A DNA stretch of 64,000 nt from Kudoa neothunni. Taxonomy: Eukaryota > Animalia > Cnidaria. Each line of letters opens with the position of its first letter. Within the stretch, counting starts at the first letter, position 1. Positions 54,734-64,000 of the stretch are shown here, in pieces. The DNA is taken from positions 6,700,234-6,764,233 of the forward strand of contig OZ199839.1 in NCBI GenBank assembly GCA_964304625.1. Reading direction: 5' to 3'. A program made the position numbers and the translations under genes. Under the pieces are notes generated by a model that saw only the letters and a program-made list of their open reading frames with translations, had not been told where the DNA came from and made no database searches.

Positions 54734-55781
54734 ATGAACATATTGAGGACCTTGACAACATCAACAATTAGAGCATGTTATGAACCTATTATGTGTAGCA
54801 AACAAGTTGTTGTTGTGAACAAGAAAAATTGATATCACTAAGCCGATTCCAATGATCGATGCGCCACCAACGAAATTATTTACCGCACTAAAGATACCTT
54901 TAGAAAAAAATAATGGTTTTTTAATTCTATACCAAAAGTTTTTCTATCAATAATAATCAATAGAACGTCCGATACCGATTGTATGAGATGCCATCGAATG
55001 TGAGTGGAATTTTATTTTATGGCCGGAATCAGGACAGTGTGAGAAAGTTTAAGCTGTTAAGGTCGAAAAGGAATGTGAAATTAAAAATTTATGCGATTGC
55101 CGTTGGATATCCTACATGTAGAAGCTCCTCACCAGGAATAGTTATTTCGAAAGGTATAAAACGTGCTAACAACAGTCGCTCACGACTGAATTCTAATTAT
55201 GATCCCATTGATCACCGTAAGATAAGAGCCAATTACAAACAAGTAGTTATTAAACTTACAATTTGATTTTTTGAATTTTCTTTAGTGGTTTGGTTCCAGG
55301 CGTAACCTGCTAATAAAAAGAGCCTACTCATTTCGTGTTCTGTCTACCTCCAGGATAGACAATAAAAAATACTCGTTGCTCAAATTTGTGCTCTACCTTG
55401 GATCGATTAAAACAAGTATGATTGTGTCTGTTGGATTAGGAATGTGGTTGATTATGTATTAACGGTTGAAGATGATTTCCCAGTTTGAGAAAAAATATTC
55501 GGTAAAAATATACCAAGAACCTTACAGAAATTTTGTGGTGAAACAAGTGGAGAACCCTTCCTTTGTATTCGACAAAAAGCATCCACAGAATCATAGACCG
55601 TCACACGTCTCAATATTCAAACAATTCATACCTCTGTAATACGCATCTTTCTGAAGTTGTGGTTGATGATTGTGAAAATTTGTTATTCAAAAATAAACTG
55701 AAACTGAAGAGTCCAATTCCTAGATATATGGTGGAAATGATACAAACACTGAAGCTCGACATGACTACTATTAAAAAATAG
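54734..55781 (+). CDS. RluA-family pseudouridine synthase-like protein lacking the catalytic Asp (RPUSD3-like), with frameshifts
   Basis: Mitochondrial-type leader MNILRTLTTSTIRA; VVVVNK motif I; LYEMPSNVSGILFYGR in place of HRLDxxTSG; VKLKIYAIAVGYP; C-terminal HLSEVV..LKSPIPRYMVEMIQTLKL. Confidence 0.65.
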
Positions 55782-56089
55782 CAGTGTAGATTTGTAGATA
55801 AAACACTTTTTATGACAAAATTTTTAATTAATTATTATATTTTTTTTATATTACGATTGCATTTTTTGAATTAGTTTTTTTGCATATCTTAAATTTATGG
55901 AGATTTAACAATTTTTGTGGACATCAATAACATTATATTTACTACGGAAACACCTTCAAAGGCTAGGTTACATTATTGTATGCATACAAATTGGTAATTG
56001 TACTTTTGGTGAGTTTTAGTTACCATATAATTTATAACCGTAAGCAGAAACTCAAATTGTTACATTAGGCCTGTTAAATTACAATGTTA

Positions 56090-56640
56090 GTATTATTTAC
56101 GAAATGTAAATATTCCGACATTGCCTTGAAGCGATTTCTCGAGAAACGTTCAGTAACGCCTATAGCCGGACATTATAACTATGCCCCATGATAATCAAGG
56201 CACTAATGTATTTTTTAATTTCTTCAATATCGATGTTGACACCGGAATTTTGCTGAACCGCATATAAATTTGTCTCGAAGACAATATTTCTCGAAGAGAT
56301 CATTGTCAAAATGGAATTTAAAATAATCTATTGGCATAACCAGATCTTTCAACTCATAAAAATCTGTGGTAGATACCTTTAATCCATTTTCTATATTTGG
56401 TGGAACAAAATCTTTTTGAAAATTGAAGTCTGGCAATATATCATCATCGGAACTCTCAGAATGTTGAGTTTGGTCATAATTGTCGCCAAGAGTAATAGTT
56501 TCCAAAAAAGACGCATCTTCGGTGTCATAAATAATGTCTGGTTCCGGAAATATCAGCATCAGAAAAAACAACGACCTCAGTCATGGTTTTTCCCCTCGTC
56601 ATCAGTTTTGAAAGCTAGGTCATGATCCATTATCCCAATC
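56090..56640 (-). mobile_element. piggyBac transposase N-terminal relic
   Basis: Acidic N-terminal region, PIDYFKFHFDNDLFEK, and FSRNRFKAMSEYLHFVNN. Confidence 0.75.
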
Positions 56641-56737
56641 TTGGGCGTTCCTGCAAACCCCATTGTCCCCTTATATGACCCACTTGAAAGTTTATTTGAT
56701 TTATTTATTTATTTAAAAAATTTTTATATATATATTA

Positions 56738-57152
56738 CTAGTGCAAAAGCCCCGCCTCGCGTGGGCATCCTTGCCCGGCCACGCAGACCAAAGTCTTGAG
56801 TAGAGTAGGCCAAGGTTATTTTAAATTCGAAGTTAATTATAATTATTTTATCGTTCCTTTGACGACAATGTTGATTGAAATAAACATCGATAACACGATC
56901 GTCTTCACTTAATTCTTTATTGGACTTTATTTTCATTTAAAAATCATCAAGTTCATACAATTCAAGTGGCGTATTAATCACTTTATAGGAAATCAGGACA
57001 ACCCTTGTTGTATTTTTCTAGTTAATTTTATATTTTTTTAAAGTACAAAAATAATCTCAAATACTAAAGAAAGTCTCTGTATAAGGAGAAGATTTGTGCG
57101 TACACACACACACACACACACACACTACTACTTTATGTATATAGAAGATAGA
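56738..57152 (-). mobile_element. Complete non-autonomous Helitron (415 bp) with a (GT)n tract
   Basis: Minus strand A|TCTATCTTCTATATACATAAAG..(GT)n ... GCCCACGCGAGGCGGGGC hairpin, TTTTGCACTAG|T. It has a TC start, a CTAG end, an A|T target site and no TSD. Confidence 0.85.
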
Positions 57153-57599
57153 TACATTCGAGAATGGATATTGCGCAATTACAAAATTTCAACGTTATTC
57201 TTTTTAGAGAGAAACCTAGTTTTTTGGTATTGTTATTATTTTATCATTTTGTAAACATTTTTAACATTAAAAAATGAAAAAAAACCTTTTATTTCGTGGT
57301 TTTAGTAACCCATCTATTTAAAAATAGAAGTGTTTTCTTCATTATTTTCCCATTTAAAAACATAATAGTTAAGAGAAAAAAGAAATTATTGATTATTGTT
57401 ATTATTATTATTCGATAAAAATATTGAAGTTGTCGAACAAGTGATAATTTGTACGTTAAAATTGAGTGATACGTTGATCTATTTTGAGTATTAATACATT
57501 GTCAGGTTTAAGGTCATTTAAAAATTGATAGAATTCGTTCACACGAAGATAAATTCAAAAATACGGATATTGAAACTAAAAGGACACATAATTCGGGAA

Positions 57600-58330
57600 A
57601 AATTAAAAATATAGATGGTGACCTGTATGGTTGGCTCGTTAAACAATGGTCGAGTGATAATGTTTTTGTCGAGACGTGTTATTATCGAAATTTCTTTATA
57701 TATTGCAAACAAACAAGAAATTTCCAATTTAAAGTCTAGTTAAGGGTGGTTTTCAGATTCCACGTCAAAATATGGGATAACTTTCAAAATGTTTCATGAT
57801 GAGACTGCGAATACAGATATTTCATCTGTTTACTCATGGACTGTTGAAAACATTAATTTGGGTTAAGGTGTTATAAACATTTATGAAAACGTCCTTCTTT
57901 TATGATCAATTACAAAACATATGTTATGTTTTAAAGGATAAAGTCGGAATATAAGGCGAAAAATATCCGAAAAAGAGTGAATGTTTCACTGTCACTCCTT
58001 TTTAAATAGGGGTAAAACTTCCATCAGTTTTTTCTCATATATTTTAGAATCCTAGACATTTCAACTGAGTTAAACATCTACCGCGTGAATATTATTTAAA
58101 AAACAAATGGATGATGTGGAGCATATTTATAAACACAATTAGAAAGATTGATGAGAACAGAAAAGTTTTAATTTTGTTGGATCAACATCCTCTTCATCCC
58201 AAAAATATTGAGTTTATTAAAATATCGAGATCTTTTCCCACCAGAAAAATAACTAATATTCTACAGACCTTAATTTAAACATCATCAAATGCATTAAAAG
58301 TAGTTCAGGAATACACTAGTCTAGCACATG
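57600..58330 (+). mobile_element. pogo/Tigger (CENP-B HTH + DDE_1) transposase relic
   Basis: LYGWLVKQ..KSS*GWFSDSTSKYGITFKMFHDETA, KVLILLDQHPLHP, and FPP..T..LQ fragments. Confidence 0.7.
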
Positions 58331-59054
58331 GTTTTATGTGAAAATTTTATAATCGAAAAATAAACATTACTAAACTCAATCATGCCATTGATTAAACTAT
58401 ACGAGAGTATTACTCCAGAAATTATATTTACTTGTTTTAAAAAATCAAAAATTATTGGTAGTAATATATAAAACTGTAATAATCAATTATATCAGTTTCT
58501 GGAACAAGAAGATTTAAGAAAGATATCCCAAGTCAAAAACAGTTCACAAAGTAGTATTTTATGTATACATAATTAATCATTTTAAACGAATTTGAAGTTT
58601 ACGAAAATATATTTGACGATGATAATACTGCAACATGTGAGACTCAAAATCATGCGGACATATTGCCCACGATGGTTAATCTGATGATATCGAATCAATT
58701 ATTAAAGAAGTCAAAATTTTAACTAATTAACTAAATAAAAAGTATAGTTAACATTTTAATGAAATTTTTAATTCCAGAGGTTTCATCTGGATTGTTTGAT
58801 TTATAACCCGTACCGAGCAGAATTTAAAAAAAAATCAATAGAAAGATTTCGACACACAACAATCGCAAGGTTTTTGATAAAATTTAATGACCATTCCCTA
58901 ATTGAACTCTATGTTATCTGTCTTTTAACAAAGTTTGTTTGTAGGAATAATCATCAAACGTAAGCACAAGAAAATCGTATTTTTACAGCGTGACGCGCAC
59001 GTATGAAAGTATGAAACTGGACTCGCATCCCCATTTTTTGACAAAATGAAATTC

Positions 59055-59238
59055 GCACCTTTTTGCATACGATAAGGTGTAGCTGACTTAAAATTTATCA
59101 AAAATTATTTTCAATTTTGATCGAATCTAGCACCTCCCAAGGTGCGGGCATCCCCAGTTGGGGACCCCTGTTTTATCGTGTGGGTTTATGGGACCAGCAA
59201 AAACCCACACGATATCCAATCTCGACTGTAGGTAGATT
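59055..59238 (-). ncRNA. Candidate structured RNA with U1/U11-like four-way junction and Sm-like site
   Basis: GC-rich island. A closing helix GUCGAG-a-UUG/UAG-a-UUCGAU encloses three hairpins, followed by AUAAUUUUUGA and a 3' hairpin. The helix and SL2 rely on G.U pairs that exist only on the minus strand. Confidence 0.4.
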
Positions 59239-59808
59239 ACACGTAATGACAGATTATAGATGTAATGGTATAAATCCATATTTAAGAATCTGCCCAATAA
59301 AAAAATCTTTTTGGCTATGCACAAATGAAACTTATTTATTCTCTACTTGATACCGTTTGGTGTTAAAGTGGTTTTGATTATTTTTAGTTAGTTTACATTA
59401 TAAGATATAATTATGAATGAATATTAATTGGGCGGAAAATGTCGATAAATAAAATTGTTGTTGCAATAAAGGTTTAATCGGAAAATACCTCAAATGTAAG
59501 GGGAACCCAAACACGTGACATGAATCCAGCTCAATATTTTTTATAAAATTTATCAATTATCATCTAATCGTTCAAAATGTAGAATATCTTTTTTATGTGT
59601 TTGATAAATGTTTGCAGCGAGGTAACTATCCTCACCAAGCAAAAAGAATTATATCTTCTACACATAAATAATTAAATCCTTAAAATAAAGATTTTTACAA
59701 TTCGCGTTTGGCTTGTGTTTACTAACTACATAATATCTAAGCTAGCATGTTTTTAATTACAGATTCAAATTTTAGACTCACTTAGAGTTAGGTAACGTTT
59801 GAATCAGC

Positions 59809-59818
59809 ATGACGTCAT
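59809..59818. promoter_or_regulatory. Palindromic CRE/ATF site ATGACGTCAT upstream of asnA
   Basis: Perfect 10-bp palindrome about 370 bp upstream of the ATG. A TGACGTCA also lies at 6839-6846, upstream of STK11. Confidence 0.3.
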
Positions 59819-60186
59819 CATGTGTATCCTCAAAGGTCAATAAAGGGTAAGCTATCTATTGCAAAATTTAATCTCGTATTGTAAGTAAACAAATTTTAAT
59901 CATCAAATTTACCTATGTATGTTATGCAACTTAGGTACTTAATATAGGAAAAGTTTCCTTTGTGTTTATCCAACCTAATAAAGAATAATAAAATATTTTG
60001 TTGAAAATAGTAATATTCTAAACTCGCGTATCAGATGACTGAGAAACCTCCGGGGTAAACAGATCACAGCTTTATGAATATAGAATAACTAGTTTCAAAT
60101 TATCGCTGAAATGAATTGATCCACACGTGGATAAACCCTAGTTGCGCATAGGGTTCAACTCTTTTATCATTTGATTAACCGGTAAA

Positions 60187-61188
60187 ATGAATGGAAATAA
60201 ACAGGTAAGTTATACATCAAAAATGAACTATTTGGAAACCATCAATGCAGCTGATGATCTGAAACGGGTTTTCTCACAGAAAATCTCATCTAAACTCAAT
60301 CTTTCATTGGCATGCTCACCATTGTTTGTTAATATGGAAACAGGTTTAAATGACGATCTTAATGGAGTAGAAAAGCCGGTTGAATTCACTGCTAAATGTG
60401 GAAAAACTATGGCTGTTGTGCAATCGTTGGCCAAATGGAAGAGACATACTCTGGGTAGGTTCGGTTTCAAACCTAACACTGGTATCTACACTAACATGAA
60501 TGCTATCAGAAGAGATGAAGATCTCTCCAACATCCATTCCTATTATGTCGATCAATGGGATTGGGAACTGGTGATTCAGCAAAGTGAACGCACCTACGAC
60601 AAGTTGGTTCAGGTGGTTGAAAAACTTTACAGTTGTTTTGTGGAGTTGGACGAACACATGGCTTCAACTTATCCCTCGTTGAAAAAAAAATTGCCTCCTA
60701 AAATCACCTTTATCTCTTCTCAGCAACTTCACGACATGTATCCCGGAAAATCGGTTCTCGAAAGGGAGTATCTTATCACCAAAGAACATGGAGCTGTGTT
60801 TGTCACACAGATTGGAAAAAATTTAAAGTCTGGCGAAAAACACGACCTAAGAGCTCCCGATTATGACGATTGGGAACTCAATGGTGATATTTTGGTTTTC
60901 AATGAGGTTATTGACCGAGCTTTTGAGCTTTCCTCAATGGGAATCCGAGTTGACAAACAATCTATGCTCAACCAATTACGTGCAACCAACACTGAGGATC
61001 GTCTCAAGTATCCTTACCATCAACAGATTGTTAATGAACAATTGCCATACACTATTGGTGGTGGAATCGGCCAGTCTAGAGTTACCATGTTCTTCCTGGA
61101 AAAATATCACATCGGTGAAGTGCAAGTGTCTGTGTGGCCTGATCATATACTAAAAGAGTGTTCCGCTATGGGAATAACTCTTATCTAA
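60187..61188 (+). CDS. asnA: Aspartate--ammonia ligase (asparagine synthetase A), intronless, bacterial type
   Basis: 333-aa ORF with SPLFV..GLNDDLNGVEKPVEF, VVQSLAKWKR, GIYTNMNAIRRDE, HSYYVDQWDWE, HDLRAPDYDDW, ELSSMGIRV, LPYTIGGGIGQSRV, HIGEVQVSVW. AATAAA at 61198-61203. Confidence 0.97.
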   Translation: MNGNKQVSYTSKMNYLETINAADDLKRVFSQKISSKLNLSLACSPLFVNMETGLNDDLNGVEKPVEFTAKCGKTMAVVQSLAKWKRHTLGRFGFKPNTGIYTNMNAIRRDEDLSNIHSYYVDQWDWELVIQQSERTYDKLVQVVEKLYSCFVELDEHMASTYPSLKKKLPPKITFISSQQLHDMYPGKSVLEREYLITKEHGAVFVTQIGKNLKSGEKHDLRAPDYDDWELNGDILVFNEVIDRAFELSSMGIRVDKQSMLNQLRATNTEDRLKYPYHQQIVNEQLPYTIGGGIGQSRVTMFFLEKYHIGEVQVSVWPDHILKECSAMGITLI

Positions 61189-62979
61189 CCATATTATAAT
61201 AAATTACATCGGATATTACGCTATAATTAGTTTTTCTGTCGATTATAAAACTGAGAGTGTTTATTTTGTTTGTTAATGATATCAGCTATTTATTTATTTA
61301 TTCGAAATTAAGTCGTCAGGGTATATTTGTGATTTGGGTTAAATAAAATTTGAAAGATACTTTCTTTAGACTGTTTTGCTAATGAAAGAATCATGCTTAA
61401 TTTATTCGGAGTCTCAACTAGGCCTTTAAAACGAGGGTGATTATGTGTTGAAGTGCAGATTATTACGGGCTGAGATGAGATAGGGGTTTCATGATTCCAA
61501 CGTTTCGTGGTTGTTACTAGTTTTTACAAACGTTTGGGCGGATAACACATCTCAGTAAATTAATTAAATTAGTTTAAAATGCTTGAAACATTCAACCACA
61601 CACAAAATATTGAAGTAGATTATAAAATATGACGTAATATTTAATTTCATATCCAAAAACTAAGTAATAAATGTTTGCATTTATAATGTTGAGATAAAAA
61701 ACCCAAAAATGCTTTGGACTTACTAACTTTCATTGTTGATTTAACTTAACATGTTTAAAAATCGTATATTTGGATTTGTGACGATTGCTCTACTTTAAAA
61801 TTGATTTAAATTTAAAAATAATTATTGAAAATTTTTGAACAAATATTGTTATAAAATATTTTTAAACATGAATAAGTTATCCAAAAAAATTTATAAACTA
61901 AAAACCATATTAAGAAATGCCATCATTAAATTGAAAAATCTTCGTTCTAATTTTGAATAGAATAAATCAGAAAGTTCTGTTTATAAAATACAAAGTCACA
62001 AGATTGAACATTTGCAAACTTATTACTAACTGATAAAAATTAAAAATATCCAATGAACAATTAACGACTTTGAATTCGTTAAAATTAGAAAGAAATAATA
62101 ATTTTTTTGTTCTGAATTTAAGTACATAATGTAATTTTTTGTGATAAAAACAAAAATGAAAAATGTTTTAAAAAAGAAGTGGATTAACATGACGAATTGT
62201 AGGAAACGACTTTATTTCCGATTTTGTATGCAACACCGCCCAAAGTTTGTACACAGATATTGTAGTACTGTAGTTTAGTTGATATTTTAAAAGAAATAAG
62301 GTAGTTTATTCCAAATAATAATGCACTGCAGAATTTTGATGAGACAATTTCTCCTAACATTGATTACAATAACCCACTGTGAACGAATCACACAATCTTG
62401 TTAATACATTGATTTAATCTCTTTGAAATAGGGGATAATCCATATACCATCGAAATTTCGAATGCCTAGTCACAACGTATTTTCACAATGAAAAATTGAA
62501 ATAATTAAATAAATTTATTTTCGTGGGGTTTCTCATAGCCGCGTACGGTGAGAGAATGTTTTAACTCAGCATAAATGCAAACAGATACAAATTAATGTCA
62601 AATATAATTATTTATTTGTTATTTCCCCATTAAAATCTAACAGAAATATTAAGTTAATATTATGCAAAGTTATAAATCTCTCACTAAGAAAATCTCAGAA
62701 AAATATAAGCTTCATAAGAGAAATTTTTTTATATTTTCATCAATTATATGCAGTATTTCACGATCAAGTTGCAACCATGTTAATTAAAGTGCAGAAAACT
62801 ATAAACTGGATAAAATTATAAAAAAAAATTATTGAATAATCTAATTTTTTATTTATTTTTTTGCAGAAAAACTAAAATATAAGATTTCGAATGCTAAATA
62901 TAACATTGACAATTAGCTTCAGACCTACTTCTAGGCTCAAATCAATGCGTTTCCAGTAAATCATTTTGGGGTTTTGTTG

Positions 62980-63620
62980 CCTATATTTTTACTTCAGATT
63001 TTAACCGGCTGACAACATCTCCAATTAAATTGAGTATCGAGGGGATAAGATGGCAGTAGCATCATGTTTCCTCGTAAATAAGGCCTAGCAATATTTTTAG
63101 TGGGAATTTTAAATAAGAACTGGAATTGTTTCAGAGTATCTTGGTATTGATTATTCGACAGGATCTTGATTATAACTATAATGAATAATTAAGTTTTTTT
63201 AAGTTCGAAATTGAAAGTTATTTTTATTGTTGAAAAATAAAACACATTATTTGGAAAAAAATATATTTTTAAATAATATCAAAAATTTTAATGTTCTCAG
63301 TAATCTCTCGTTATTTTTCTCTTTACCGTAGGAGTATATCGTGCTTATAAATAATTTCATAGACATCGATAACGTTTTGCTGTAAAAACTCAATATACAT
63401 TACTTTTTAGATAGTTGTATAAGAGTACAATCCTTTTGATTTTTCCAGAAATTTAAGACATACTTCGAAAACAAAACCTAGTAGCTATTTACTTTACTGT
63501 GTAAAATTAATATAAGATCGGGTCTTATATTCCGGGAAACGTAGTAGTAACCTGAGCCTGCTATTCCGCACGATGTTCCTCACATCGTTAGTTTTATGGA
63601 AAGCTACATTATCCATAATT
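62980..63620 (-). mobile_element. Tc1/IS630-family transposase relic
   Basis: LLPSYP-SILNLIGDVVSRLKSEVK matches lPpySP.lNpIE..fs.lK; upstream G..A....p..r fragments; decayed. Confidence 0.5.
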
Positions 63621-64000
63621 AATAAATACTTTTGTTGTTTTAATTAGATACCATGAATTTTTTTTATCAATTAATACGAAACGCTTTTTAACATGACAAA
63701 GCAAAATTATATTATACTAATGCTTGATAAAAAATTGAGGGTTATATAATAAGGCCTATTGGACACTTAATTGAGCTGAATTGAATGTACAATAAAAAGA
63801 GAATAATCTCAATGTAATTAATCCATTTTACCCAATATATATATCAAATTCTTGAACCCACAATAATTTATTTATAACTAAGGATCGTACTTTTCGACAT
63901 TTTTCTTAGTTGATTCCGCAGTGTACGTGCGTGTACATTAAAACATTTAAATTAAAAAAATTTGGAACAAACTCCTCACGGAAAACTTTTCTTACCAAAC

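Noticed and set aside
59128-59170. HDV-like ribozyme resemblance (CACCTCCC..GGT..GGGCATCC)
   Set aside because: No room or partner for a 7-bp P1 helix, so the nested pseudoknot cannot be built.
59186-59200. TGGGACC resembling a T-box (UGGNACC) left over from a bacterial asnA leader
   Set aside because: It is about 1 kb from the gene, sits in a hairpin loop with no antiterminator or stem I, and N does not fit tRNA-Asn.
59117-59350. 77-aa and 65-aa ORFs over the GC-rich island
   Set aside because: No recognisable motif; the open frames are explained by local GC richness, and the pairing pattern fits RNA structure better.

Overview
Very AT-rich eukaryotic nuclear DNA, not bacterial. The genes have many short (about 40-50 nt) GT-AG introns plus a few long, TE-expanded ones. 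Gene content (LKB1/STK11, SARA/endofin, multi-Kunitz, saposin-like) points to an animal, and the strongly diverged proteins and tiny introns would fit a reduced parasite such as a myxozoan; the taxon is inference only. Recognisable genes: a secreted penta-Kunitz protein, tRNA-Glu(CTC), STK11, a catalytically dead retropepsin-like protein, glycogen debranching enzyme (AGL), a frameshift-ridden ZFYVE9/16 (SARA/endofin), an orphan multi-exon gene with a 15-aa x6 repeat tail, TFIIH p62 (GTF2H1), a saposin-like protein, an RluA-family pseudo-enzyme (RPUSD3-like), and an intronless bacterial-type asparagine synthetase A (asnA) that looks horizontally acquired and integrated. Intergenic DNA is full of decayed DNA transposons (Merlin/IS1595, piggyBac, hAT, pogo, Tc1/IS630, Helitron). 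Top leads: (1) the asnA transfer; (2) an unannotated GC-rich four-way-junction RNA with an Sm-like site and U1/U11-like topology but a non-canonical 5' end, about 1 kb upstream of asnA on the minus strand; (3) two pseudo-enzymes and non-canonical secreted effector candidates; (4) frameshifts confined to a subset of genes. Exon boundaries were read by eye and some termini are approximate.
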